Shown: positions 1 through 9,631 of the stretch, piece by piece
Numbering within the stretch: the first letter of the stretch is position 1
How the letters are laid out: every line of letters begins with the position of its first letter
Source of the DNA: Minisyncoccota bacterium
Lineage (GTDB): Bacteria; Patescibacteriota; Microgenomatia; UBA1400; PJMF01
Assembly (NCBI GenBank): GCA_018657765.1
Contig: JABHWM010000005.1
Coordinates: forward strand, 65,138-129,137
DNA length: 64,000 nt
Direction: 5' to 3'
The notes under the pieces: generated by a model
Seen by the model: only the letters and a program-made list of their open reading frames with translations
Database searches by the model: none
What the model was told of the DNA's origin: nothing
Made by a program: the position numbers and the translations under genes

Positions 1-363
1 ATGGAAACGTTTTATTTTGTGAGTTAAAGCAGCTTCCAAAAGTACTTGGGTACCGATAATATTTGTTTCTAGAAATATCTCTGGATTTTTTATTGATCTA
101 TCCACATGCGATTCTGCTGCAAAATGAACAACAGTATCTACATCATCCATAATCTTATTAACTAGTTGTTTATTTCCAATATCACCATGAATAAAGGTAT
201 AGTTAGCATTATTTTCTACAGAGGTTAAATTCTCGAGATTTCCAGCATAGGTTAGGTAATCTAGATTTATTATAGAGTCTTCTGGATGGTTTTTTAGCCA
301 GTACAAAATAAAATTAGAGCCAATGAATCCTGCTCCGCCAGTAACGAGAAGAGTTTGTGCCAT
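1..363 (-). CDS. rfbB: dTDP-glucose 4,6-dehydratase (5' part; runs off window start)
   Basis: Manual translation from ATG at 363: MAQTLLVTGGAGFIGSNFI...NLDYLTYAGNLENL...VVHFAAESHVDRSI...TNIIGTQVLLEAA, the RmlB signature. SD-like AAAGGGAG upstream. Not in the ORF track. Confidence 0.93.
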   Translation of the reverse strand, partial: MAQTLLVTGGAGFIGSNFILYWLKNHPEDSIINLDYLTYAGNLENLTSVENNANYTFIHGDIGNKQLVNKIMDDVDTVVHFAAESHVDRSIKNPEIFLETNIIGTQVLLEAALTHKIKRFH

Positions 364-413
364 AATTTATTTCTCCCTTTTTATTTCCTTATTATATTTT
401 CAGTTTATAAATT

Positions 414-608
414 TTATTCTAATGGTAACACTTTAGATTGTAACTGCTGATTTTTTTGTACTTCAATCTGCCATGAAGAATGATAAAAGCCAGCGATATA
501 TGACAAAATTATAATTAATACTAATAATATTTTTATTACTATTTTAGAAGAAACTGGTTTTGGGAAAGATTGTTCAAATATTTTTTTCATAATTTGTTGA
601 TAATGCAT
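414..608 (-). CDS. small single-TM hypothetical protein
   Basis: 64 aa with one strong hydrophobic segment; lies co-directionally between the LCP gene and rfbB. Start uncertain. Confidence 0.5.
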   Translation of the reverse strand: MHYQQIMKKIFEQSFPKPVSSKIVIKILLVLIIILSYIAGFYHSSWQIEVQKNQQLQSKVLPLE

Positions 609-634
609 CAGTATAACTTACTATTTTTTTAAAC

Positions 635-1759
635 TTAAAAAAGAGCTTCTTTGATTTCTTGTCTAAATAAATCTTCGTTATTAATAGTGTAAACCCATTG
701 ATTCTGATAGATATAAGAAGGTCTAGGGTTATCTAGAGCTCCAGTCTGAGGATTATCTTTAGTGGTAGAGAGTTGATGACTAGAAAACATAATATTTTCA
801 CGAACAGGGATAATTGTTTTGACTGTACTAACTATTTCTTCTAGTGGAAAGACTTCAGAGAATGATGTCTCATAAAATTTATAAAGAGCCCCTGCTAGTT
901 CTGGTTCTTTTACATATTGTTTCAAATCAAGAAGTTGTGTAAATAAAGCTTTAATAACTATTTGTTGTCTTTCTCCTCTAGAAATATCTGTACCTTCATC
1001 GCCTTCACTATGTCTGCTACGAATGTATTTTAAGGCTCTTTCTCCAGATAAAGTTTGTGTTCCAGCTTTGAATTCAACTGTTTCATATAGTATGGCAGGA
1101 TCTCGTTCTACAGTAACGTCAACTCCAGATCTCGGAAACTCTGGATCTATAAATCCTTTTGGTATATCAATAGTAACCCCATTTACAGAGTCGATTAGTT
1201 CTTCAAGTTTATCCAGTGAAAGAACTATTGTGTGATGAATAGGAGTATCTGTTAATTCTTCGATAGTTTCTTGAGTGAATTTTTCTGGCTCATTAGGGTA
1301 TCTATCTAATCCATAAAAGTATAAAGCATTGATTTTTGTTTGATATTTTTCTGACCATAGATCACGAGGTAAAGGTAATGTGTTAATTTCACCTGTTTTT
1401 AAATTCAGTGAGATAAGCATAATAGTGTCTGTTAAAGGAGGGACATCTCCTCTACCAACTACAGAGTCAACTCCTAGCAGGAGAATATTTTTATGATTAT
1501 TTGTTTCTGTAGGGTTTTGTTCTAATCCTATTTGAACAGTGTTTTTAAGTTCTTTGAGAGTAATGCCAGCAGACTTCTCGAATCTTAATAATTTGCTATA
1601 TCCCCAGATTCCGATACCAATAGCTGTGATTAGTAACATAACAAAAGCTATGGACATAGCCATTAGATTTGTTTTTAAAAAAAGAAACCATAAGTTGTTT
1701 GAATACTTATCTTGAGATAATTCAGTTTTTTTTGTTTCTATTTCAATGTTTTTTTTCAT
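635..1759 (-). CDS. LCP (LytR-CpsA-Psr) family glycopolymer ligase
   Basis: N-terminal TM, then NILLLGVD, TDTIML, LPRDLW, KINA, LKYIRSRH and DISRGERQQ motifs. Confidence 0.92.
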   Translation of the reverse strand: MKKNIEIETKKTELSQDKYSNNLWFLFLKTNLMAMSIAFVMLLITAIGIGIWGYSKLLRFEKSAGITLKELKNTVQIGLEQNPTETNNHKNILLLGVDSVVGRGDVPPLTDTIMLISLNLKTGEINTLPLPRDLWSEKYQTKINALYFYGLDRYPNEPEKFTQETIEELTDTPIHHTIVLSLDKLEELIDSVNGVTIDIPKGFIDPEFPRSGVDVTVERDPAILYETVEFKAGTQTLSGERALKYIRSRHSEGDEGTDISRGERQQIVIKALFTQLLDLKQYVKEPELAGALYKFYETSFSEVFPLEEIVSTVKTIIPVRENIMFSSHQLSTTKDNPQTGALDNPRPSYIYQNQWVYTINNEDLFRQEIKEALF

Positions 1760-1896
1760 ATAATTAATTTTAACTTAAATAGTTCACTAACATTTATTGT
1801 AGCCTAAATTTCGTTAAAGAGAAAAAGTATTGTAGTTAAGTTTAGTTATAGATACAGATTGTAGGAATTTATCTTAAGATGGGCTACAATGAGCAG

Positions 1897-3678
1897 GTGC
1901 AAAAACTCAAACAGTGGTCAGTTTTATCTTTTTTATTGTTGATATTTTTTGCTGCTTCTTGGTCTTTATTGATAACTTCCAAGTTTTTTAGAGTTCATGA
2001 TTTTACTCACGCAGGTAGAATCTCTGAAATGGCTCAAGCACTTCAAGATGGTCATTTCCCAGTTAGATGGACAGAGAACTTTGGATATGGGTATGGTATG
2101 CCATTATTTGAGTTTTATGGTCCTTTACCTTTCTATATAGGTGCAGTTGTTTTTATACTTTTTGGTAATGTAATTTGGAGTATAAAATTTCTATATCTGT
2201 TATCTAACTTAGGAACGCTTCTCGGCGGATATTTTCTTGGTAAAAAGTTGTTTGGCAGAGTGGGTGGTTTATTGTTGTCAGCTTTCTTGACTTTGGCTCC
2301 TTATAGAGCAATGAATCTTTTTGCTAGAGGGGCTCTTAATGAAGTCTGGGGTATTATGTTTTTACCTTGGATATTGCTTGGTTTATTACAGATTTTTCAT
2401 CAACAGAAAAGTGGTTGGAAAACTTTCTTTTTTTCTTTGGTAGGTTTGTTTTTATCTCACAACATTACTACCATGATTTTTTTACCAATACTAATCATTT
2501 TTGCTTTGGGTTATGGAGGCTTAATGTTTTGGCAGCAAGCACCTGAATTTTTTAGGAAAGGAAGATTTAGAGCTCGCAATGTTCTGAGAATTATTTGGCA
2601 AATGTTTACGACTGGTGTTTTAGCTATTACTGCATCTAGTTTTTATTTAGTCCCTGCTTTTTTAGAAAAGAGCTTCACCCAAGTTGAAAAAATAATTTTA
2701 ACTCCATATTTTGATTATCATTTACACTTTTTATATATTAGACAGTTTTTTACTCCCAATTGGGGATATGGGGGAAGTGGCTGGGGTACAGAAGACGGTA
2801 TTTCTTTTTTCTTAGGTTGGGGACAGTTGTTAGCAGTTTTTTCTTTATTAGCTCTTTGGTTGTATCATTTTTTCCGTAAAATAATGAAAAAAGATGTAGA
2901 GAAAGTTCTTTCTAATAAAGTATTTTACTTAACATTTTTATTTGGAAGTATTTTTCTTTTAAGTAGTTTGATGAGTTTATTAAAAACACAGTTTATTTGG
3001 GATCAGATTTCTCTTTTTAAATTTATTCAATTTCCATGGAGATGGATGAGTATCTCGATTTTGTTTTTATCGATCTTACTGGCTAGCAGAGTATGGTTAT
3101 TTACAAATATAGTTACTAGATCTTGGACTGCTGGTATTTGTATAGTCATAACTGTTTTTAGTTCTGCTATATATTTTCAACCAGAAAAATATCTGGATGA
3201 TGCTAATGATTTTTATTACACAGATAAAATGAATATTCGTAAAAACTTAAGTCAAATTCTTCCTGATTATATTTCTACTGATATGAAAGAAAATCCTACA
3301 ATAATTCCTGACTCATTAATTCTTAATCAAGATTTATTAGCAGACGAATCAGTAGAGATTATTGCAGATAGAGTTCATGAAAAACTTATTAGAACTTCTT
3401 TTACAGAAACAACCAATCTAGAGTTTTCAGTAGCAACTTATCCAGGCTGGAGAGCAGAGATCGATAATCAGTGGTGGAATAAAAACAAAGGAGAAAATGG
3501 AAATATCATGATTGAAATCCCTTCAGGAGATCATCTGGTAAGTCTTCGTTTTGAAAGCACGCCTGTTAGATATTGGTCAGATTTAACTAGCTTTTTTTCT
3601 TGGATTATTTTTATATCTTTTAGTTTTCCAACAGTATCTAAAAAAATATTAAAAAAGAAAAAATTTAAAAATCTATGA
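1897..3678 (+). CDS. multi-TM GT-C-like protein, YfhO / 'PTPS-related domain' membrane family
   Basis: HD..H..RI...AL.DG.FP.RW...GYG.P.F.FY.P motif, RGA..E.W, QFPWRW, C-terminal YPGW.A.ID domain. Start moved from 1879 to GTG 1897 because TACAAT (1885-1890) lies inside the longer ORF. Confidence 0.8.
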   Translation: MQKLKQWSVLSFLLLIFFAASWSLLITSKFFRVHDFTHAGRISEMAQALQDGHFPVRWTENFGYGYGMPLFEFYGPLPFYIGAVVFILFGNVIWSIKFLYLLSNLGTLLGGYFLGKKLFGRVGGLLLSAFLTLAPYRAMNLFARGALNEVWGIMFLPWILLGLLQIFHQQKSGWKTFFFSLVGLFLSHNITTMIFLPILIIFALGYGGLMFWQQAPEFFRKGRFRARNVLRIIWQMFTTGVLAITASSFYLVPAFLEKSFTQVEKIILTPYFDYHLHFLYIRQFFTPNWGYGGSGWGTEDGISFFLGWGQLLAVFSLLALWLYHFFRKIMKKDVEKVLSNKVFYLTFLFGSIFLLSSLMSLLKTQFIWDQISLFKFIQFPWRWMSISILFLSILLASRVWLFTNIVTRSWTAGICIVITVFSSAIYFQPEKYLDDANDFYYTDKMNIRKNLSQILPDYISTDMKENPTIIPDSLILNQDLLADESVEIIADRVHEKLIRTSFTETTNLEFSVATYPGWRAEIDNQWWNKNKGENGNIMIEIPSGDHLVSLRFESTPVRYWSDLTSFFSWIIFISFSFPTVSKKILKKKKFKNL

Positions 3679-5180
3679 TTAATTCAACTGCTGTTGATAC
3701 AACTGACGAACTAGAAGAGTTAATGGATGATGATATCTCTGAGATAAAAGAGAAATCAGTTTCAGGTGTTGTTTCTTATTTTTTAAGAACAGCCTTTATG
3801 CAAGGCATTGGGTTAGTAGCAATTATTATATTGAGTGCTTTCCTTTCTCCTAGCGATTTTGGTATTTATGGATTTGTAACCCAGATCATTGGTTTACTGA
3901 TTTTCTTTTCTGATGTAGGTCTTGCTGCGGCCTTAGTTCAACAAAAGAAAAATCCAGATAATGAAGAATATAAAGTAATATTTACTTTACAGTGGATTTT
4001 ATCTTTATTAATCGTTGGTGTGATTTTATTATTAATTTGGACTGGTTTTATTCAACAAAAAGTAGGAATAGCTGGTGTCTGGGTATTATTGAGTTTAGCT
4101 GTTTCTTTTCCTTTGGCTACTTTAAAAACTGTTTCATCTATTAAATTAGAGAGGAAACTTCTTTTTCAAAAACTTGTTGTACCTCAGATTTTTGAACAAA
4201 TTATTTTTTATAGTTTATTAATAGCTCTAGCTTGGAAAGGAATGGGAGTATTGTCTTATGCTTATGCCATTATTGCTAGATCTATAGTTGGAGTGATAGT
4301 AATGTGGATTATTGAGCCATGGAAAAAGATTGGTTTTTTATGGAATACCAAAATTCTTAAATCATTATTAAATTTTGGGTTAAAGTTTCAATTTAATGAT
4401 TTTTTAGCAAGAATTAAGGATCAGCTTTTTTATCTAATCTTGGGAATATTTTTGCCTTTAGATCAATTTGGCTATATTCAATGGGCAAAAAATTGGTCTA
4501 TGTATCCATATAACCTAACAGTTCAGAATGTAATGGCTATTACTTTTCCAACTTACTCTAGATTACAGCACAGGCTGGATATCTTAAAAAGAGCTATAGA
4601 AAAATCTTTATTTTTCATTTCATTAGCCATTTTTCCTATTTTAGTAGGAATGAGCATCTTCATCTGGCCACTTACTCAAGTTTTTGAAAAATATAATAAA
4701 TGGGAACCAGCCATTTTTAGTTTTATTTTCTTTGCGCTTAGTATTGGTTGGGCAGCTATCTCTACTCCTTTGGTAAATACTCTGAATGCTATTGGTCATA
4801 TTAATCAAACTCTGAAATTAATGGGGATGTGGACAGTTCTGACTTGGGTTTTGACTCCTGTTTTTATCTGGAAGTTTGGTTTTAATGGTGTTGCACTATC
4901 TGCTTTTATTATTTCTTTCACCTCATTGTTATCTATCAGGATGGTAAAGAAGCATATTCCCGTTGTAATTATTCCTCAGATTAAGAGTGCTTTATTGGCT
5001 GCTATTTTAATGGCTATTGTTGGTTATCTAGGTATAAATTACTGGGCTAGAGACATCTATAGATTATTACTAGGAGTTGTTATTACTAGTGGAGTATATG
5101 GATTATCAATTACTTTACTTGATGGTAAAAAGATATTTGTTGAGATAAAAAGTTTGATTAATAGACCTAAAAAAAAGTAA
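3675..5180 (+). CDS. Wzx-like oligosaccharide flippase (MOP family)
   Basis: About 12-14 TMs; LSPSDFGIYG, FSDVGLAAALVQQK, LLNFGLKFQ and FPTYSRLQ motifs of PST flippases. Confidence 0.88.
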   Translation: MINSTAVDTTDELEELMDDDISEIKEKSVSGVVSYFLRTAFMQGIGLVAIIILSAFLSPSDFGIYGFVTQIIGLLIFFSDVGLAAALVQQKKNPDNEEYKVIFTLQWILSLLIVGVILLLIWTGFIQQKVGIAGVWVLLSLAVSFPLATLKTVSSIKLERKLLFQKLVVPQIFEQIIFYSLLIALAWKGMGVLSYAYAIIARSIVGVIVMWIIEPWKKIGFLWNTKILKSLLNFGLKFQFNDFLARIKDQLFYLILGIFLPLDQFGYIQWAKNWSMYPYNLTVQNVMAITFPTYSRLQHRLDILKRAIEKSLFFISLAIFPILVGMSIFIWPLTQVFEKYNKWEPAIFSFIFFALSIGWAAISTPLVNTLNAIGHINQTLKLMGMWTVLTWVLTPVFIWKFGFNGVALSAFIISFTSLLSIRMVKKHIPVVIIPQIKSALLAAILMAIVGYLGINYWARDIYRLLLGVVITSGVYGLSITLLDGKKIFVEIKSLINRPKKK

Positions 5181-5184
5181 GGGC

Positions 5185-6540
5185 ATGAGTAGACAAATGA
5201 ATAAAAAAATTTTAATTTTTCTGTTATTTGTTATTGGTGGCTTTTTCTTTAGAGTATCTAATTATTATCTTTTTCCTGTTTTTGGAGAAACTTCAGATGA
5301 AAGTGCTTGGACTCTTCTGGGTTCTAGTATTTTACAAGAAAAAGTTCCTGCTTCCTGGTCTTATTTTCAGGCATACGATAATTACGTATATAAAACAGGA
5401 GTTTATGATGCTCCTATAGTTAGGCCTGTTTTTGATCATCCACCGTTATTTTCCTTCTTCCCTGGGTTAGCACACACCTTGAGAGCTAACTGGATTGAGT
5501 CTCCTTCTGCTAAGGTAATTCGTTTGCCAATGGTAATTATTGGAGCAATTAATGTTGGTATTTTTTGGTTAGTAGCTAAAAAGTTTTTTAAAGAAAGAAA
5601 GTGGGCTGCTATTACAACAATTCTTTTTATGACTATTCCAGAGATTGTATTTGGGAGTAGGTTGGTAGTAGCAGAGAATTTAATTGTAACTTGGATTTTA
5701 TTGGCTTTATTGGCAATTCTTTATGAAAAAAAGAAGTGGAGTTTATCTTTATTGTTTTGGGTTAGTGTATTTTCTATTTTGACTAAAATTTCTGGAATAG
5801 TAGTTCCTGTCTCTATTTGTGCTTTAGCGGTTTTGCAAAAAGAAAAAAAATGGTTTAAAGTTGGTTTTTTTGGAGCTGTTACTGGAGTTGCAGTGTTTGC
5901 ACTGTATGGAGCATTTTATAACTGGGAGTTATTTTTGTCTGTCTTACAAGCTCAATCTACCAGAGAATTAGGTCTTGCAACCTTTCAAAACAGGTTTTTT
6001 ATACATCCAACACTAGTTCATCATCTGTTTTTTGATGGTTGGAAAATACTTGGTCTTTTTGCAACATTTTTTATTTTACAAAAGACTCAAAAGAAGTATA
6101 GACTTTTGCAGTTTTTTTCTTTGATAAATATTTTATTTATTATTTCTACAGCAGGAGAAACAACTTTCCATGGTTGGTATGATTTTGTGTTATGGCCTAG
6201 TTTTGTATTAGCTATAGGGTCTTTGTTTAAAGAGATATATGAAAAGAAGCTTTATTTACTTTCAGGATTAGTTTGGATTCTTCTCTTGCCATTATTAAGA
6301 ATGGTTAGTGTTTTTGGTGATTACAATTTATCTTTGTGGGGAGTAAGAGGAGCTGTTAGTCTTGGATTTACTCCTTTGTTTTTTGAGTCTATATCTTTCA
6401 AAAAAACTAGTCAAAGGTTTTTAGTTTTATTTTTTGGATTGTTAATAATCTTAAATATTTTTGTTGTTTTTTCTATTACTCATACTGGATACTGGAATCA
6501 AGCTGAGTTCTTTTCATCTAATATGCCGAAGGTAAGGTAG
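5185..6540 (+). CDS. GT-C (ArnT/PMT-like) glycosyltransferase
   Basis: TM1 followed by an SDE acidic motif, FDHPPL, RLP and SRL..E; multi-TM. Confidence 0.78.
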   Translation: MSRQMNKKILIFLLFVIGGFFFRVSNYYLFPVFGETSDESAWTLLGSSILQEKVPASWSYFQAYDNYVYKTGVYDAPIVRPVFDHPPLFSFFPGLAHTLRANWIESPSAKVIRLPMVIIGAINVGIFWLVAKKFFKERKWAAITTILFMTIPEIVFGSRLVVAENLIVTWILLALLAILYEKKKWSLSLLFWVSVFSILTKISGIVVPVSICALAVLQKEKKWFKVGFFGAVTGVAVFALYGAFYNWELFLSVLQAQSTRELGLATFQNRFFIHPTLVHHLFFDGWKILGLFATFFILQKTQKKYRLLQFFSLINILFIISTAGETTFHGWYDFVLWPSFVLAIGSLFKEIYEKKLYLLSGLVWILLLPLLRMVSVFGDYNLSLWGVRGAVSLGFTPLFFESISFKKTSQRFLVLFFGLLIILNIFVVFSITHTGYWNQAEFFSSNMPKVR

Positions 6541-6615
6541 TTAGATATTATTTTTTAGTTCTGGATTTATTTCTTTTAAGACCTTTATTGCAAACCATTT
6601 ATCAGATTTTTTCAT
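6541..6615 (-). CDS. putative 24-aa small protein or gene remnant (MKKSDKWFAIKVLKEINPELKNNI)
   Basis: ATG...TAA open frame, with a perfect extended -10 (TGaTATAAT at 6634-6626) 10 nt upstream. Confidence 0.35.
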   Translation of the reverse strand: MKKSDKWFAIKVLKEINPELKNNI

Positions 6616-6658
6616 ATATTTTTTAATTATATCAAACATTAAATACTGATTTAATTAT

Positions 6659-6688
6659 AAAAACAGGCTGATTTTTAAGCAGCCTGTT
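6659..6688 (-). terminator. Rho-independent terminator of the LPATG protein gene
   Basis: Perfect 9-bp stem AACAGGCTG (6662-6670) / CAGCCTGTT (6680-6688) followed by a T run on the minus strand, about 30 nt after the stop at 6719. Confidence 0.85.
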
Positions 6689-6718
6689 CTACATTTTATT
6701 TATATTTTAGTATTCTTC

Positions 6719-7714
6719 TTATAAGAATAAGAGGAGGATTGCTCCAGCACCTAGTGCTCCAAGTCCTGCAGAAAGATATTTCAACCAATCTTCTGGACCT
6801 GTTGCTGGGAGTGTTGAAGGAAGAGGCGGTTGAGTAGGGTCTACATTTACTGTAACACTAGTTGTAGAAGTACTACTAGAACTTGAGCTAGAAGAGGTTG
6901 GTTCTGCAGTAGGTTCACTGGTTGGCTCTGTAACAGTAGTAGGCTGAGGTGTTGGCTCAGTAGTAGGCTCTGTTGTAGGTTCTGTGGTTGGAAGAGGTTC
7001 ATCAGCACAACTACAGATATCTTTTGTATCATCTCCTGCTGCTCCTGTAGAAGTACATTCACCAGTCTCAGTTCCTGTAGAACAAGTATCTCCAAAATCT
7101 TTTCCTTGGCAGCTAGCCACAGAAGTTGTGGAACAGTCTCCTAGAGAACATGCCTCAAATGGAACTGCACATAGTTCATCTTTTTCACAACCATCTGCAT
7201 AAGTAATACATTCTTCATTAGCACCAATGCATGAGCCTGTTATTTCAGTACAAACTTCTGGGGTTGGAGTAGGAGTAGCACAGGCAGTCATGTTTGTGGT
7301 CCATGCACCACCAGGTGCTGGGCAACAGTAATCTACGCCACCACATCCTTGAACTCTTCCGGCTGAGTTACAGATACTATCATCAGATGATCCATCTGAC
7401 TCTGGAGGAGTACAACTTCTTAAAACACCATCACTACCAGGACATTGTTCCACACATTGAGTAGCTTGTTGTCTAACATCTTGAGGTTTTTCAACTAAAA
7501 ATAAGCTAGCCAAGCCTCCAATAGCTAAAATAGCAAGAATTATTCCTCCAATAAGATAAGTTTTCATTGGAGATTTTTTTTCTGGAACGGGTTGTTGGGG
7601 TGCTTGTGGAGCAAGCTCTGGAGATGGCGCTGGTGCAGAACTCACAGCTGGCTGTTGGGGAATATTGCTAGCTTGTGGTTGAGGTTCAGTATTTGATCCT
7701 GTGACGTTAATCAT
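6719..7714 (-). CDS. Cys-rich, Pro/Thr/Ser-rich surface protein with N-terminal TM and C-terminal LPATG + TM
   Basis: Pro/Gln-rich N-terminus, TM, 20 Cys, PTTE repeats, poly-Ser/Thr, LPATG (6797-6811), then a hydrophobic C-terminus. Confidence 0.85.
   Translation of the reverse strand: MINVTGSNTEPQPQASNIPQQPAVSSAPAPSPELAPQAPQQPVPEKKSPMKTYLIGGIILAILAIGGLASLFLVEKPQDVRQQATQCVEQCPGSDGVLRSCTPPESDGSSDDSICNSAGRVQGCGGVDYCCPAPGGAWTTNMTACATPTPTPEVCTEITGSCIGANEECITYADGCEKDELCAVPFEACSLGDCSTTSVASCQGKDFGDTCSTGTETGECTSTGAAGDDTKDICSCADEPLPTTEPTTEPTTEPTPQPTTVTEPTSEPTAEPTSSSSSSSSTSTTSVTVNVDPTQPPLPSTLPATGPEDWLKYLSAGLGALGAGAILLLFL
6896..6991 (-). repeat. 12-bp degenerate coding tandem repeat (PTTE/PTSE/PTAE)
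   Basis: Encodes PTTEPTTEPTTEPTPQPTTVTEPTSEPTAEPT. Confidence 0.8.
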
Positions 7715-7859
7715 TGTATTAGTTTTCCTAATTTCATATTCAAATTACTATATAAGGATACGTCAACATAAGGAGTCTTGTAAACAGGGGGTTTTATAAT
7801 TTTATGGCAATTTGAAGATAATAGTTTATAAATACAATTTTATGTACTACATTAGTAAT

Positions 7860-9623
7860 ATGTCTATTTTAAAAAAGTTTTTATTTTTAGCAAATAATTT
7901 CATTAACTCAGATTTTTTTAAATTAATTATTATCTTATTAATTGCTTTATTTTTAAGAACTTTCCGTTTGTCTTTTTCTCCACCCAGATTAACTCACGAT
8001 GAGATGAGTATTGGATATAATGCTTATTCTATTTTAAAAACTGGAAAAGATGAGTGGGGGCGCAGCTTTCCCCTAGATTTTGAAGCTTTTGGAGATCACA
8101 AGCTTCCTGGTTATATATATTCTTTAGTGCCGTTCCTGAGTTTTCTGCCGATGAGCATGGTTTCAATTAAAATCCCATCAATAATCGCTGGCCTCTCTAC
8201 TATTTTAGCGATGTTTTATTTGACAAAAACTATCACAAAAAATAGACATTTAAGTTTTTTAACCGCTTTTCTACTGGCCATTAGTCCTTGGCCAATTCAT
8301 ATTTCTAGAATGGCTTTGGAGTCTAATCTAGCTTTAGCTTTATTTTCTTGGGGTATTTATTTTTTGATAAAAACATTTGATTTGAATTCTGTAAAAGATG
8401 CTTCAAAAAACTTGGTTAAAGACAATAGAGCGGCTATTTTAGCTGGATTGTTTTTAGCTTTTAGCACATATTTTTATATAGCTTATAGATTGATTGTTAT
8501 TTTGGTTTTATTTTTAACACTAGTTTTAACATTCAAATATAAGCTCAGTAAAAAAAGATTACTAGCTTTATTTAGTGTTTTTATTTTAGTTTTATTACCT
8601 CTCATCGGACAGCTATTCGGTAAATCAGGAACAGCTAGATTTACCCAAGTATCTATTTTTTCTAATGATGGGGTAGAGGCAACTATTTTAGAGCAACATA
8701 ATTTTTGTTTTCTTTCACAACCAAAATTTCTACCTAGAATTTGTAGAGTTATTTACAACAAACCATTTTTCTATATAAAAACTTTTAGTAAAAATTATTT
8801 ATCATTCTTATTACCTACTTTCCTTTTTATAGAAGGAGATCAATTGGAGTATCTCAATGACCCTAGTTTTGCTGAGTTTTATATGTTTTTAATTCCTTTT
8901 TACCTAATGGGAATTAATTATTGGGTTAAGAAAAAAGGCTATAAAGCAGATATTATTAAATATAGTTTTTTGATAGCTCCCATACCATCTGCTTTAGTGG
9001 GAGATCCGCAAATAGTTAGAGGCAGTGCTTTACTGCTTTTTGTGACTTTGTTTTCTGCTACCGGTATTTATGAAGTTTTCAGATTAATTAAAAAGAAGTT
9101 TTATAAGTATTCCTTTGTAGTATTTACATTATTGTTGACATTAATATCTTTAGTTAGATTTTTTATAAGCTATAGTTATATATATCCTGGAAAATACGAA
9201 AACTCTTTTTATCAGTTATCAGACAAAATTGCTTTATTTATGTTGGAAAAAGAATCTGATTATGATTTAATTTATATAGATAAAAATTTTCCAGATGCTC
9301 ATATTTTAATTTCTTTTTATAATCAAATAGATCCTAGTTGGTATCAAGATAATATCGTTAGACCTGTGAGTCAAGATGGTTTTGGTTTTTCACATCCTAC
9401 TAAACTTGGTAAATATGAGTTTGGTGATGAGCTATTGGATGGCTTTATTTGTAATGAAGAAGATGATAAAAAAGTTCTTTATGTAAGTAATCATTTGGAG
9501 ATACCTGCTGATTGGGTATTTAAAGATTTCTCTAATGTTCATACACAAGTACAGGTTTATGATATTGATCAAACAAGAGATAAATTAAAAAAAGCCAAGT
9601 TGTTTAGAAATATTTGTCATTAA
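7860..9623 (+). CDS. GT-C (ArnT/PMT-like) glycosyltransferase, paralog 1
   Basis: HDEMSIGYNAYSILKTGKDEWG..FP..F.AFGDHKLP, SPW.IH.SR.A.E. Likely start is ATG 7860 (TACATT 6 nt upstream) rather than TTG 7812. Confidence 0.85.
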   Translation: MSILKKFLFLANNFINSDFFKLIIILLIALFLRTFRLSFSPPRLTHDEMSIGYNAYSILKTGKDEWGRSFPLDFEAFGDHKLPGYIYSLVPFLSFLPMSMVSIKIPSIIAGLSTILAMFYLTKTITKNRHLSFLTAFLLAISPWPIHISRMALESNLALALFSWGIYFLIKTFDLNSVKDASKNLVKDNRAAILAGLFLAFSTYFYIAYRLIVILVLFLTLVLTFKYKLSKKRLLALFSVFILVLLPLIGQLFGKSGTARFTQVSIFSNDGVEATILEQHNFCFLSQPKFLPRICRVIYNKPFFYIKTFSKNYLSFLLPTFLFIEGDQLEYLNDPSFAEFYMFLIPFYLMGINYWVKKKGYKADIIKYSFLIAPIPSALVGDPQIVRGSALLLFVTLFSATGIYEVFRLIKKKFYKYSFVVFTLLLTLISLVRFFISYSYIYPGKYENSFYQLSDKIALFMLEKESDYDLIYIDKNFPDAHILISFYNQIDPSWYQDNIVRPVSQDGFGFSHPTKLGKYEFGDELLDGFICNEEDDKKVLYVSNHLEIPADWVFKDFSNVHTQVQVYDIDQTRDKLKKAKLFRNICH

Positions 9624-9631
9624 TCAAGATT

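Noticed and set aside
6896..6991. Short tandem repeats as a possible CRISPR or VNTR element
   Set aside because: These are degenerate 12-bp coding repeats without spacers; no cas genes were seen.
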